This document shows positions 1 to 13,300 of a stretch of DNA of 64,000 nt, piece after piece; position 1 is the first letter of the stretch, and each line of letters starts with the position of its first letter. A program made the position numbers and the translations under genes. The notes under the pieces are model-generated. The model was not told the DNA's origin and did not search any database. It saw only the letters and a program-made list of their open reading frames with translations. This stretch comes from an uncultured Gemmatimonadales bacterium. GTDB lineage: Bacteria > Gemmatimonadota > Gemmatimonadetes > Gemmatimonadales > GWC2-71-9. Where the stretch lies: contig CAVVKJ010000008.1 in assembly GCA_963748815.1 (NCBI GenBank), forward strand, positions 64,001 to 128,000, in the 5' to 3' direction.

Positions 1-156
1 CTGGAACTGGGTCACGAAGTCGGCGGGGTGCACCGTGCCGGAGGCGTCGCTCGCCGTCTGGCCCGCCACGAAGAGCGTCCGACCGCCGGCCGGGGCCAGC
101 AGGCCGTCGTTCCAGCCCTTCGGCTGGCCGCGCGGGTTGATGATCTCCCAGCTCAT
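1..156 (-). CDS. RidA/YjgF family protein (N-terminal part, runs off window start)
   Basis: Manual translation from ATG at 156: MSWEIINPRGQPKGWNDGLLAPAGGRTLFVAGQ...FVTQF; the LFVAGQ motif is typical of the family; directly follows the SDR stop; not in the ORF track. Confidence 0.8.
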   Translation of the reverse strand, partial: MSWEIINPRGQPKGWNDGLLAPAGGRTLFVAGQTASDASGTVHPADFVTQFQ

Positions 157-157
157 G

Positions 158-928
158 CTACGCCTCCCTGCCGTCGATGACGACGGCCTCTCCGTTGCGG
201 TCGCCCGACGCGTCGGTCACCTGCGCCAGGACCGCGGCGGCGACTTCCTCCGGCTGCACCATCCGTCCCCCCGGCATCGTGGCCAGGAGGGCGGCGCGCG
301 CCTCCTCGGCGCTCTTGCCCGTTTTCCGCACGATGTTGGCGATGGTGGTTTCGGTCATCGGGGTGTCGACATACCCCGGGCAGACGGCGTTGACGGTGAC
401 GCCGGTGCCCGTGAGCTCCGCCGCGGCCGCGCGTGTGAGCCCGACCAGCGCGTGCTTGCTCGCCACGTACGCGGAGATGTACCGCGCCCCCTCCAGCCCC
501 GCCACGCTGGCCACGTTCACGACCCGCCCCCACTTCCGCTCCAGCATGTCGGGCAGGAACGCCTGCAGGCAGAGGAAGGCGCCGGTCGCGTTGATCCGGA
601 TCATCTTCTCCCAGTCGTCCAGGCTGGTGCGCAGGATCGACGCCGACTCCGCGACGCCGGCGTTGTTCACCAGGATGTCCACCGGCCCCAGCTTCTCCTT
701 GGCGATGGCGGCGAGGCGGGTGATGGCGGCGGGGTCGGTGACGTCGCACGCCGCCCCCCAGACGTTGCGGCCTTCCTGGCGCAGTTCCTCCGCCTGGCGC
801 TCGAGCTTGCTGAGCGTGCGACCGGAAATGACCACCGACGCGCCGGCGTCGGCCAGCGCGCGCGCCACCGCCGCGCCGATCCCCTGGCCGCCCCCCGTCA
901 CCACCGCCGTCTTGCCATCGAGTCGCAT
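158..928 (-). CDS. SDR family NAD(P)-dependent oxidoreductase
   Basis: TGGGQGIG, NNAG, YVASK catalytic motif, VCPGYVDT. Confidence 0.95.
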   Translation of the reverse strand: MRLDGKTAVVTGGGQGIGAAVARALADAGASVVISGRTLSKLERQAEELRQEGRNVWGAACDVTDPAAITRLAAIAKEKLGPVDILVNNAGVAESASILRTSLDDWEKMIRINATGAFLCLQAFLPDMLERKWGRVVNVASVAGLEGARYISAYVASKHALVGLTRAAAAELTGTGVTVNAVCPGYVDTPMTETTIANIVRKTGKSAEEARAALLATMPGGRMVQPEEVAAAVLAQVTDASGDRNGEAVVIDGREA

Positions 929-940
929 CCGGGTACTCTC

Positions 941-1694
941 TCAGTCAGTCTGGAGCAGGGGAAGGGCGGCCTCTTCGAGAATGGCGCCCAGCGCGTCGAT
1001 CAGGCCGCGACCCTCGGCGGCGGAGGCGTCGGCGGGCCAGCCGAAGTAGGCCCGCGGCCCTCCCGCCTCGGCAAAGGTGCCCTGGCCGGCGCGGATCGCC
1101 ACCGAGAGCGAGTTCGGGTTCGGTGGGAGCTCCACGCGGATGTCGCGCACCAGCTCCGGCCGCTCCGCCAGCACGATCGAGGTCTCGAACCGCCCCGCGT
1201 GGCAGGCGCCGGTCTGGAACTCCTCGCCCAGCCGCTGGGACCACGGCTTGCGCGCGAGGTTGGGGAAGGCCACCCGCATCCCGTCGGCGCGGATCGTCTC
1301 GACCGCCTCGGCGCACGGCGCCTAGATGCTCCGGGTCGAGATGGGCGCTCACCACCACCATCCTGGTGAACCCTTGGGCGGCGAGGGCGTCGGCGACATC
1401 TTCCAGCAGCGCCACGAGGGTGGCGGGCCGCACGCCGATCGTGCCGGGGAAGGCGGCCGCGAATGGCGCAGGGGTCAGGGCGACCGTCGGGAGCACCACC
1501 GCCGTCACGCCCCGGGCGGACAGGCGCTCCGCGCCGACCCGGGCCATCGCCTCGACGATGATCACGTCGGTGGAAAGCGGCAGGTGGGGGCCGTGCGCCT
1601 CGGTGGCGCCGAGCGGGACGATGGCCACCGCGCGGGACCGGTCCAGCGCCGCGACCTCCTCGTATGTTGCCGTGGCGAGCCAGCACACCGTCAT
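941..1694 (-). CDS. Creatininase-family amidohydrolase (frameshift near 1300)
   Basis: N-part MTVCW...PLGATEAHGPHLPLSTD...FPGT...SAH lies in one frame; C-part with HAGRFETS lies in ORF 941..1279. Confidence 0.85.
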
Positions 1695-1724
1695 CCGAAC
1701 CTCGTTCCATCCGGGAGTCCGCCC

Positions 1725-3242
1725 GTGACGTTTGAACCGCCGGAGCGCTTCAATATCGCCGATCACCTGCTCGATGCGCGCATCCGCGAGGGGCGCGGGT
1801 CGCGCGTGGCGCTGGTGACCGATCAGCGGACCTGGAGCTATCGGGACGTGCAGGACCTGGCCAACCGCTACGGCAACCTGCTCAGGGAGGCGGGGGTGAT
1901 GCCGGAGCAGCGGGTCATCATCGCCCTGCCCGACGGGCCGGAGTTCGTGGCGGCGCTGTTCGGCATCTTGAAGATCGGGGCAGTGGTGGTGATGGTCAAC
2001 CCGGACCTCAAACCCGACGCCATCTCCTATTTCTATCAGTACACCCGCGCCCGGGTCGCCTTCGTCCACCCGGGCAACCGCGAGGCGTTCGAGGCGGCCC
2101 GCGTCGAGGCGCCCCTCCTGGCCGAATTGATGGTGGTCGGCACCGAAACGCTCGACCGCCGGCTGGAAGCGCAGTCCCTGGATATGGAGTCCTTCCCCAG
2201 CCATCGCGACGATGCCTGCATCTGGCTTTTTTCCGGCGGCACCACCGGGCAGCCGAAGGCGGTGCAGCAGAGCCACTGGAGCTTTGCCCACACCACCGCC
2301 TGCTACGGGCAGGGCGTCCTGGGGCTCACGGAGGACGACGTCACCATGTCGGTGCCGAAGCTCTTCTTCGGCTATGCGATGGGCACCAACCTTTTCTTTC
2401 CCTTCTCGGTCGGTGCCCGGAGCGTGCTCTTTCCCGACAAGCCGACGCCGGAACTTCTCTTCGAGGAGATCGCGAAGCATCGGCCCACGGTGTTGGTGAA
2501 CGTCCCCACGATGGTCAACCACATGGTGACCCACCCCGCCGCCGCCACCGCCGACCTCTCCTCGCTGCGCCTCGCCACGTCGGCCGGGGAGGCGCTGCCG
2601 GTCGAACTCTACGACCGGTGGAAGGCCGCGTTCGGAGTGGAACTCCTCGACGGGCTCGGCACCGCCGAGATGTGGCATGTCTTCATTTCGTCCAAGCTCG
2701 GGGCCGTTCGGCCCGGGACGATGGGGACGGTGGTCGAGGGGTTCGAGGTGCGGGTGACCGACGACGACGGGAATCCGTTGCCCGACGGCGAGGTCGGCTG
2801 GCTCCGGGTGCGGGGGAACGCCCGCGCCATCGGCTACTGGCAGCAGATGGAGAAGACGGCGCAGGCCTTCCAGGGGGAATGGTACGTGTCGGGGGACATG
2901 ATCCGACGCGACGGCGACGGGTACTTCACCTACTGTGGTCGCGGCGACGACATGCTCAAGGTGGGGGGCCGCTGGCTGGCGCCGCAGGAGGTGGAGAACT
3001 GCCTGCTGCAGCACCCGGCGGTCAAGGAAGCGGCGGTCGTGGGGGTGGTGGACGGGCAGGGGCTCACCAAGCCGCACGCCTTCGTGATCGCGAAGAAGCA
3101 GACGGCCGGCCTGGATGAGGAGCTCAAGGCCTTTGTCCGGGAGCGGCTGGAGCCGTACAAGGCACCAAGAGAGGTTGTCTTCCTGGATGACTTCCCGCGG
3201 ACCCACCTCGGCAAGGTGGATAGGGGAAGCTGCGTGGACTGA
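1725..3242 (+). CDS. Benzoate-CoA ligase family AMP-dependent ligase
   Basis: GTG start at 1725; FSGGTTGQPK, PKLFFGYAMG, SAGEALP, DGLGTAE, GRGDDMLKVGG. The C-terminus may lack one G (would read DRGKLRGLRTEA, stop at 3256). Confidence 0.9.
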   Translation: MTFEPPERFNIADHLLDARIREGRGSRVALVTDQRTWSYRDVQDLANRYGNLLREAGVMPEQRVIIALPDGPEFVAALFGILKIGAVVVMVNPDLKPDAISYFYQYTRARVAFVHPGNREAFEAARVEAPLLAELMVVGTETLDRRLEAQSLDMESFPSHRDDACIWLFSGGTTGQPKAVQQSHWSFAHTTACYGQGVLGLTEDDVTMSVPKLFFGYAMGTNLFFPFSVGARSVLFPDKPTPELLFEEIAKHRPTVLVNVPTMVNHMVTHPAAATADLSSLRLATSAGEALPVELYDRWKAAFGVELLDGLGTAEMWHVFISSKLGAVRPGTMGTVVEGFEVRVTDDDGNPLPDGEVGWLRVRGNARAIGYWQQMEKTAQAFQGEWYVSGDMIRRDGDGYFTYCGRGDDMLKVGGRWLAPQEVENCLLQHPAVKEAAVVGVVDGQGLTKPHAFVIAKKQTAGLDEELKAFVRERLEPYKAPREVVFLDDFPRTHLGKVDRGSCVD

Positions 3243-3284
3243 GGACCGAGGCCTGACGACACATCGGGGCGGGAAGATTGGACC

Positions 3285-3357
3285 GCCGTCATCCCGGCGA
3301 AAGCCGGGATCCAGTTGCGCAGGAACACTGGACCCCGGCCTTCGCCGGGGTGACAGC
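3285..3357. repeat. Inverted pair of REP-like palindromic elements
   Basis: gccgtcatcccggcgaaagccgggatccag (3285-3314) and ctggaccccggccttcgccggggtgacagc (3328-3357). Confidence 0.85.
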
Positions 3358-3403
3358 TGGGTTCTTCCCCGCTTCCCCGCCGTTGTATTACCCTTCAGAG
3401 ACA

Positions 3404-3495
3404 CCGCCAGGGGCATCCCCGCGCACGTCGGCGCGACGGATTGAGACGATACCCTTGGAACCTGATCCGGCTCATACCGGCGAAGGGAGCGCGGC
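3404..3495 (+). promoter_or_regulatory. TPP (THI-box) riboswitch
   Basis: aggggc...tgaga...ataccctt ggaacctgatccggctcataccggcgaaggga matches the TPP aptamer consensus; it abuts the thiC ATG, so the SD (gggag) lies in the closing stem. Confidence 0.93.
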
Positions 3496-5176
<1,681 letters not shown>

Positions 5177-5187
5177 CCGGAGGCACC

Positions 5188-6251
5188 ATGACCGGACGGA
5201 TGGATGCCCAGGCGCGGGCCGACCGTGTCCGCGCCTTCCAGGAGGAGCTGGCCGAGCTCGAATCCGAACTCGGCGGGGTCCTCGACGATGCCCAGCGGGA
5301 ACGCGTCGCCCGGCACCACGAGCAGCTCCTCGCCGAGCTGGCCCGTCAGTACGATGTCGCCACCACCACTTCCGGCCGCCAGCTCGCCCTCGGCCTCCGC
5401 TTCGCCTCCTTCCTCGGCGCGCTCGCCCTCTGCATCGCGGTGGTGCTCTTCGTCGAGCGGTTCTGGGGCGGACTCTCGACCGGCGGGCAGGTCAGTCCCT
5501 GCTCGCGCTCGGCGACCGCCTCGATGCTCGGCCTCACCGAGTTTGCCGCCCGCCGAGAGAAGACCCTCTACTTCGCGGGGCTGGCGGCGCTGGTGGCCTT
5601 CGCCGCCTTCGTCACCGACGTCGCGACGCTGCGCCAGGTCTACAATGTCACGCTCGTCACCAAGGGAGTTTCTGCTCTGGGCCGTCTTCGGCAGCGGCGC
5701 TCGCCTACGGGTACGGACTCCGGATGCTCCTCCTCGCCGCGCTCGTCACCGGGTCGATCTGGGTGGCGGGGACGCTGGCCACCCTGGGCGGATTCTTCTG
5801 GACCGACATCTTCATGCGCTCCGAGCTGTTCCTGCCGCCCGCCCTGCTCGCCGTCGGCCTCGGCATGGTGCGCCACACCGACCGGCGCGAGTCCTTCGGC
5901 GGCGTCTACCGGATCTTCGGACTCCTGCTGCTCTTCTGGTGTGTCATCTGGCTCGCGGCCAGCGGGCAGGGCAGCGTCCTGCCGCTCACGGTGCACCAGG
6001 TCGAGATCTTCTATCAGCTCCTCGGCTTCCTGGCGGCGGGGCTCACCATCTGGTATGGCATCCGGCGGGGGTGGAACGCCGTGACGAACACCGGGGTGGT
6101 GGCCTTTACCATCCTCCTCTACCTCAAGGCGACCGACTGGTGGTGGGACTGGATGCCGCGCTGGCTCTTCTTCCTGACCCTCGGCGCCATCGCGGTGGCG
6201 GTGATGCTCGTGCTTCGGCGACTCAAGACCCGCGTGGGGGAGGCCGCATGA
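5188..6251 (+). CDS. DUF2157-type multi-pass membrane protein (frameshifted)
   Basis: MTGRMDAQARADRVRAFQEEL... with TM segments; C-part ...DWWWDWMPRWLFF in ORF 5724..6251; frame breaks between ~5495 and ~5700. Confidence 0.7.
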
Positions 6252-7030
6252 TGAACCGTGGCCTGCTGGCGGCCGGCGCCACGCTGGTCCTGGCCAACGC
6301 GATGATCCTCGGCGGGGTGATGCGGAACCGCAGCGGCAATCCTGACGCGGTCGTCCGGCTGAGCGAGCGGGAACTCGAAAGCTGGGGTCAAGTCTCGGAG
6401 GGGGCGGAGCCCCTGCTGGATCTTCGGCTCCGGTGGCAGACCGCCCCCGGTCCCGGCGGGACGCCGTGGTTTGATCGCGCGCGGCTCGAGGCGCTTGGCG
6501 AGCACAACCTCCCGTCGCCCGACGACACCACGCACACCTTTGGCTGGATGCGGCCCACGCGCCCCGGCTATGTCGTGCTTGAACTGGCGGGACCGGCGTG
6601 GGAGCGGTGGAGGGAGGCGGAGCGGGTGCGAATCGACTCGATGGCGGCCATGGCCGACTCCGGCCCTGACGGCGGAGCGCACGTCCATGGACCGCGGTCG
6701 GGAGCCTCCGGCAGTTCGCGCCTGATGGCCGTGGACTTTGGCCTCGATCCGCTGGTGCTGCGCGAGCAGTATCCGGAGCGGAGCCAGTACCTCATCCTGC
6801 CGGCCACCTATCGCGCCGACGTTACGGCCGCGGTGCGCGATTCGGCGGGCGCCATCACCGCGCCGGGCAAGGTCACGGGGGAGGTCAGCCAGCTGCTTCC
6901 GGGGACCGTCCACGTGCCGAGGCCGCTGCGGGATTCGCTCCTGGCCCTCGGCGCGGTGAAGCGGGATTCGACGACGCACTTCGAAGTGACGCTGAAGGTG
7001 GGGAAGAAGTGGGAGGCGTGGGTGGAGTGA
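6248..7030 (+). CDS. DUF4824-like protein
   Basis: MMNRGLLAAGATLVLANAMILGGVMRNRSG...LSEREL, WFDRARLEALG, SRLMAVDFG; ATGA overlap with the upstream gene. Confidence 0.7.
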   Translation: MMNRGLLAAGATLVLANAMILGGVMRNRSGNPDAVVRLSERELESWGQVSEGAEPLLDLRLRWQTAPGPGGTPWFDRARLEALGEHNLPSPDDTTHTFGWMRPTRPGYVVLELAGPAWERWREAERVRIDSMAAMADSGPDGGAHVHGPRSGASGSSRLMAVDFGLDPLVLREQYPERSQYLILPATYRADVTAAVRDSAGAITAPGKVTGEVSQLLPGTVHVPRPLRDSLLALGAVKRDSTTHFEVTLKVGKKWEAWVE

Positions 7031-7072
7031 CGGCGGGGCAGGGGGGCCGCGGGGCGGGGAGGCAGGAGCATT

Positions 7073-7244
7073 CCGTCACCCCCGCGAAAACCGGGACAGC
7101 CGTCACCCCGGCGAAGGCCGGGGTCCAGTGTCGGGACATCGGAGTCTGGCAGTCGTTGAAAGCAGGGACAGCTGTCACCCCGGCGAAAGCCGGGGTCCAG
7201 TGTCGTTCCAGGAACATGGATCCCGGCTTTCGCCGGGATGACGA
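7073..7244. repeat. Cluster of four REP-like palindromic units between convergent genes
   Basis: Units at ~7073-7096 (degenerate), 7099-7128, 7171-7200 and an inverted copy at 7216-7244; consensus gtcaYcccggcgaaRgccgggRtcca. Confidence 0.85.
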
Positions 7245-7268
7245 CATTTCGGACCCGCGCTTCCCCGC

Positions 7269-7667
7269 CTAATCGCCTCTCTTGTACTTCTCGATCTCCC
7301 GCCGCTGCTTCTTGTTCGGCTTCCCCTTCTCCTGGAAGAGCGGTGGCGGCATCGCCTTGAGCCGCAGCGCCATCGATTCCCGCGCGGAGCGGCTGGCCGC
7401 GGTTTCCTCGTAGAGGGTAACGGCCACGCTGGCCGGCCCCCGCCGTTCGCTGAGCCCCCGCACCTCCACATCCCATTCATAGGGGGGCTGCCGGAACTGG
7501 ATCCGGTCCCCCACCCGCACCGCCTTGGAGCGCTTGGCGCCCTGGCCGTTCACGTCCACCTTGCCACCGTCGATGGCCTCGACCGCCAGCGCCCGGGTCT
7601 TGTAGAACCGCGCCGCCCACAGCCACTTGTCGAGCCGGACCGTCCCCGGCACCTCGCGTTCAGGCAT
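7269..7667 (-). CDS. hslR: Ribosome-associated heat shock protein Hsp15 (S4 domain)
   Basis: VRLDKWLWAARFYKTRALA...GGKVDVNG...RRGPA...KPNKKQRR; ATG at 7667. Confidence 0.92.
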   Translation of the reverse strand: MPEREVPGTVRLDKWLWAARFYKTRALAVEAIDGGKVDVNGQGAKRSKAVRVGDRIQFRQPPYEWDVEVRGLSERRGPASVAVTLYEETAASRSARESMALRLKAMPPPLFQEKGKPNKKQRREIEKYKRGD

Positions 7668-7857
7668 GCCGGAAAGATACCGCCGGGCACCTCCCGGGCG
7701 TCCCCCCTCTCCATATTCATGGAGAGGGGACACGGGGGTGAGGCAGAACGGCGGGGCCGGGAGGCCGACGGCGTGGGGGGCCGACACACGACACGCAGTT
7801 CTGCCGACGCGTCCCTTAGCGACTTCAGCCGTGCCGCGGCGTCTGCCGTGCGACTCA

Positions 7858-7887
7858 CTGGACCCCCGCCTTCGCGGGGGTGACGGC
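7858..7887 (-). repeat. Single REP-like unit
   Basis: ctggacccccgccttcgcgggggtgacggc; same family, with a compensatory stem change. Confidence 0.8.
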
Positions 7888-7923
7888 GGTCGATATCCTT
7901 CGCAGTCCGTCAGTCCCCCTTCC

Positions 7924-7954
7924 TTGACATCTTCCTTTGTCAACTATATAGTTG
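7924..7954 (+). promoter_or_regulatory. Sigma70 promoter with a palindromic operator over the -10 box
   Basis: TTGACA (7924-29)-N17-TATAGT (7947-52); perfect palindrome CAACTATATAGTTG at 7941-7954. Confidence 0.8.
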
Positions 7955-7999
7955 TAGAATAATGAAAGGGCCCCGACGCCCAACCAAGGACATCATCGC

Positions 8000-9345
8000 A
8001 TGCTGAGATCCTTCATCCCTGTTGCCCTGGCCCTCGCGCCGCCACTCCGCTCCGGGCGCAGGCGCCGCTGACCCTGGCCGACGCCTTCCGTCGCGCCGAT
8101 TCCGCGGCCTACGCCAACCGGATCGCCGCCGGCGGCGCCCGCGCCCAGGAGGCCCAGTCCACCGCCGCCCTCCAGGGGATCCTCCCCACGGTGCGCGCCG
8201 AGGCCGGGTACTTCCAGACCGACAACCCGCTGGGCGCCTTCGGCTTCACCCTGCAGCAGCGTGGCGTCTCGATGGCCTCCTTCAACCCGGCCAGCCTCAA
8301 CTACCCCGACGCGGTCACCAACTGGAACGGCGGGCTGGTCGCCGAGGTCCCCCTCATCAACGTCGACGCCTGGTTCGGCAAGGCCGCCGCGTCGAGCGCC
8401 GGCGCCGCCGCGGAGGCCGGCTCCGGCTGGACCCGCGAGACCACCCGGGTGGACGTGACCCGCGCCTACTTCGGCGCCATCCTCGCCCGGGAGCAGGTCC
8501 GGACCCTCGAGGCCGCCACCGCCGCCGGCAAGGCGCACGTGAAGCAGGCGGAGTCGATGGTCACCAACGGTCTCGCGACCAGGTCCGACGCACTCCTCGC
8601 TGCGGTGCAGGCCGGCCAGGTCGAGGCGCAGCTCATCGGCGCCCGCGGCAACGCCGGCATCGCCGTGGCGCAGCTGGCGCTGATGCTCGGTCAGCCCGGC
8701 GACACCTCCTTTGTCCTCCCCGACTCGCTGCCGTCGGCGGCGCAGATCCGCGAGCTCGTCGCGCTCCCGTACGGCGACTCCCTGTCCGCCCGTCTCGACG
8801 TGACCGCCGCGCAACTCGGAGTGCAGGCCGCCGAGCGCGACGTGCGCCGCGCCAACGCGGTGTACATCCCGCGGCTCAACGGCTTCGGCCGCCTCGACTG
8901 GAACAGCCCCGACCAGCTCTTCGGCGGGCAGAGCAGCTACACCGTCGGCGTCATGGCCTCGTGGACCCCCTTCGCCGGCGCCTCCGAGATCGGAGCACGC
9001 CAGGCGGCGCAGGGCCGCGCCGACGCCGCCCGCGCCATGGCCGAAGCCGCCACCGCCGGCGCCGCCCTCGAACAGACCGCCACCCGCACCCAGCTCGCGG
9101 TGGCCGTCGCCCGGCTCGGCATCGCCGAAGTGTCGGTGGAGCAGGGGACCGAGGCGCACCGCATCGTGGCAAAGAAGTACGCCGGCGGTCTCGCCACGGT
9201 CGCCGAACTCCTCAGCGCCGCCGCCGTCGAAACGCAGACCCGGCTCGGCCTCGCCGACGCCCGTTACCAGACCATCACCGCCGACGCGGCGGCTCGGCAG
9301 GCCGCCGGCGCCGACCTGATGGCGCTCACCGTCCTGGAGAATTGA
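8000..9345 (+). CDS. TolC-family outer membrane efflux protein (frameshift in the signal peptide region ~8040)
   Basis: ATG at 8000 after aagga; ...[14 protein letters not shown] continues in frame with ORF 8191..9345 ([20 protein letters not shown]). Confidence 0.85.
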
Positions 9346-9346
9346 C

Positions 9347-10368
9347 ATGCGCAAGATCATTCCGGTCGCCGGCATCCTGATGGCGAGTCTTGCCCTCGGT
9401 GCCTGCGGGTCCGATGCCGAGAACGTCTCCGGCGAGAGGCTGCCACTCGGCGGCGTGGCCGTGGCGGTCACCGACACGACCGTCGTGGACGCCTTCGAGG
9501 CCGCCGGCACCGCCGACCCGATCCGCGCCGCCACGCTCAGCACCAAGCTGATGGGCTCGGTCACGGCCGTGCCGGTGCTACGAGGGCGACCGCGTCGCCG
9601 CCGGCCAGGTGCTGGTCCGGCTCGATGCCCGCGACCTCGACGCCAAGCGCGCCCAGGTCGAGGCCGGCCTCGCCGAGGCGACCGCGGTGCACAGCGACGC
9701 GACGGTGCAGGTGGGCCGGATCCGCGCGCTCTACGCCGACAGCGCCGCCACCAGGGCGCAGCTCGACCAGGCCGAGACCGGCCTGGCCCGCGCCACCGCG
9801 GCGGTCGCCAGCGCCAGGGCGATGGCCGCCGAACTGGCGGCCACCGCCTCGTACGCGGAAGTCCGCGCGCCGTTCGCGGGTGTGGTGACCCATCGCTTCG
9901 TCGATCCGGGATCGTTCGCGGCGCCGGGTGCGCCGCTCGTAACGGTGGAAGACGCCGGCACGCTGCGGGTGACCGTCAGCGCCGCCCCCGACGCCGTGCG
10001 CGGCCTCAAGGCCGGCACGACCGTCACCGCCATCATCGGCGACGTGACCGTCGACGCGAAGGTGGAGGGGGTGGTGCCCTCCGGGCCCAATCTCTACACC
10101 GTCAACGCACTGGTCCCGAACGCCAAGGGCGAGTTCCTCAGCGGCAGTTCCGCCACGCTGGCGCTCCCGCGCGGGACGCGCCGCGCCATCCTCGTGCCGG
10201 CCGGCGCCGTCGTTCGTCAGGGCGACCTGACCGGCGTGCGCACCGTGGCAGACGGCCAGCCGACGTTGCGCTGGGTCAAGCTCGGCCGCACCGCCGATGG
10301 CGATGGTGGAGGTGCTCTCCGGCCTCGCTGCGGGTGACACCGTGGTGGTGGCCGGCGGGGAGCGCTGA
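9347..10368 (+). CDS. RND periplasmic adaptor (MFP) lipoprotein (frameshifts at ~9580 and ~10300)
   Basis: LGAC lipobox; [46 protein letters not shown] spread over three frames. Confidence 0.85.
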
Positions 10369-10370
10369 TC

Positions 10371-13300
10371 ATGGGCATCGCCGGACGGATGGCGCAGGCG
10401 TTCCTGCATTCGAAGCTGACCCCGCTCGTCACGGTCGCGTCGCTCGCGGTCGGCGCGCTCGCCATCCTCGCGACGCCGCGCGAGGAAGAGCCGCAGATCT
10501 CGGTGCCGATGATCGACGTCATCGCCGTGATGCCCGGCGCCTCCCCCGAGGAGGTCGAGAACCTGCTCACTCGGCCGATCGAGAAGCTGATGTGGGAGGT
10601 CCCCGGCGTGGAGTACGTCTACGCCATGGCCGGCGAATCGATGACGCTGGTCACGGTGCGTTTCAAGGTGGGCGAGAACCAGGACCTCGCCACGAGTCGC
10701 GTCTTCAACAAGATCGGGTCCGCGGCGGACCAGGCGCCCCCGGGCGCCATGCCACCGATGATCAAGCCCCACGGCATCGACGACGTGCCGATCCTGGCGC
10801 TCACGCTGCACGGCGGTGGCTACGGCTCCGACGAGCTGCGCGCCATGGCCACGCACCTGGCCGACGAACTCTCCACCATTCCGGACCTCGCCCGCATCGA
10901 CCTGATCGGCGGCGAGCCGACCCAGTTGCGCGTGACGCTCGACCCGGCCCGGCTGGCGGCGAGCGGCGTCACCCCCGGCGAAGTGATGCAGGCGCTTCGC
11001 GCCGCCAACGTGCGTCTCCCCGCCGGCGAGTTCGCCTCCGCCAACGAGGTCTTCCTCGTCTCCGTCGGCGCGCCGATCCGCTCCGCGCAGGACGCCGGCG
11101 ACGTCGTCGTCGCCAATCGCGCGCGGACCCGGTCTACCTCCGCAACGTCGCCACCGTCGTCGAGGCCCCGGCCGAGGCCACCGACTACGTGACCCACGCC
11201 GCACGCGGCGAGAGCGGGGCGCAGGCGGTGACGATTGCGGTGGCCAAGCGCCCCGGCGTCAACGCCACCGACATCGCGCATGCCGCGCTGGAGCGGGTGG
11301 ACGAGGCGCGGAGCCGGCTCCTTCCCGCCGACGTGCTGGTGGACGTCACCCGCAACTACGGCGAGACGGCCAGCGAGAAGTCCAACGAGCTGATGCTGCA
11401 CCTGCTCATCGCGACGCTCTCCGTCACCGTCCTGATCGGCCTCTTCCTCGGCTGGCGCGAGGCGCTGGTGGTGCTGGTGGCGGTGCCCGTCACCCTGGCG
11501 CTGACGCTCTTCGTGTACTACGCGCTGGGGTACTCTCTCAACCGGATCACGCTCTTCGCGCTGATCTTCTCGATCGGCATCCTGGTGGACGACGCCATCG
11601 TGGTGGTGGAGAACATCTACCGCCACCTCCAGATGGGCGACCGCGCCCCGGACGTGGCCGCGGTCGAGGGCGTGGACGAGGTCGGCAACCCGACCATCCT
11701 CGCCACCTTCACCGTCATCGCGGCCATCCTGCCGATGGCGTTCGTCTCCGGCCTCATGGGTCCCTACATGCGGCCCATCCCGGTCGGCGCCTCGGCGGCG
11801 ATGCTCGCCTCGCTCGCGGTGGCGTTCATCATCACGCCGTACCTGGCGCTGCGCCTCCTCAAGGGGCACGTGGCCCCCGGGCCGCACATGCCCGACCGCG
11901 CGCACGAGCCGGAGGAGCTGTCGGGCTTCGCGAAGTTCTACACCGGCATCATGACGCCGCTGATGGACATCCCGCGCCGCCGGATGGCGTTCTACGGCGG
12001 GATCGTGGCGCTGCTGCTCGTGTCGATGGGACTGCTGGCGGTCAAGCTGGTGGAAGTGAAGATGCTGCCCTTCGACAACAAGTCGGAGTTCCAGGTGGTG
12101 CTCGACCTGCCCGAGGGCGCCACGCTCGAGACCTCCAACGCGGCGGCCGGCGCGGTGGCGGCCTACCTGCGCACGGTGCCGGAAGTCACCAGCACCGAGA
12201 CCTACGCCGGCACCTCGGCGCCGTTCAACTTCAACGGCCTGGTGCGGCACTACTTCATGCGCCGCGGCGCCAACGTGGCCGACGTGCAGGTGAACCTCCT
12301 CCCCAAGGGCGAGCGGAGCCGGCAGAGCCACGACATCGCGGTGGCCGTGCGGCCGGCGGTGGATTCGATCGCGCGGCGCTTCGGCGCCAACGCCAAGATC
12401 GCCGAGATTCCCCCCGGCCCGCCGGTGCTCTCCACGCTGGTGGCCGAGGTGTACGCCGCCGACGACAGCACGCGGCTCCTGGCGGCCACGAAAGTCAAGG
12501 CGGTCATGGAGTCCACGCCCGGCGTGGTGGACGTGGACTGGACCGTCGAGGCGCCGCAGGCCAAGCGATGCCTTCCGCGTGGACCGGGTGCGCGCCGCCG
12601 AGGCGGGCGTCACGGTCGAACAGGTGGCGCAGGTGCTGACGATGGCGCTCTCCGGCGCCGACGCCGGGCTGGCCAGCGTGCCGACCGCGCGCGAGGGCGT
12701 GGCGATCGTGCCCCGGCTCGGCTTGACCAGCCGGAGCGGCGTCGAGGCGCTGCTGGCGGTGCCGGTGGCCACGCCGCGCGGCCCGACGCCGCTGGGGCGG
12801 TTCGTCACGGTGGAATCCACCACCCGCTCGCCGCTCCGGATGCGGAAGAACCTCCGGCCCGTCATCTACGTGACCGGCGACGTGGCCGGCACCATCGAGT
12901 CGCCGGTGTACGCCATCCTCGCCATGAACAAGGCGCTCGACACCGTGCAGGTGCACGGCGCGTCCATCGCGCGCTACAACGCGACCGCGCCCGACCGGCT
13001 CGACGAGACCGCCATGAAGTGGGACGGCGAGTGGCAGGTCACCATCGAGGTCTTCCGCGACCTCGGCCTCGCCTTCGCCGCCGTGCTGGTGCTCATCTAT
13101 GTGCTCGTGGTGGGGTGGTTCCAGTCGTTCAAGATCCCCCTCGTCATCATGGCGCCGATTCCGCTGACCCTCATCGGCATCCTCCCGGGGCACGCCCTGA
13201 CCGGGGCGTTCTTCACCGCGACGTCGATGATCGGGATGATCGCGCTGGCGGGCATCATCGTGCGGAACTCGATCCTGCTGGTGGATTTCATCCAGCTCGC

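Noticed and set aside
7073..7244. Possible CRISPR array
   Set aside because: Irregular spacing, mixed orientation, dispersed copies elsewhere and no cas genes; fits REP-like elements.
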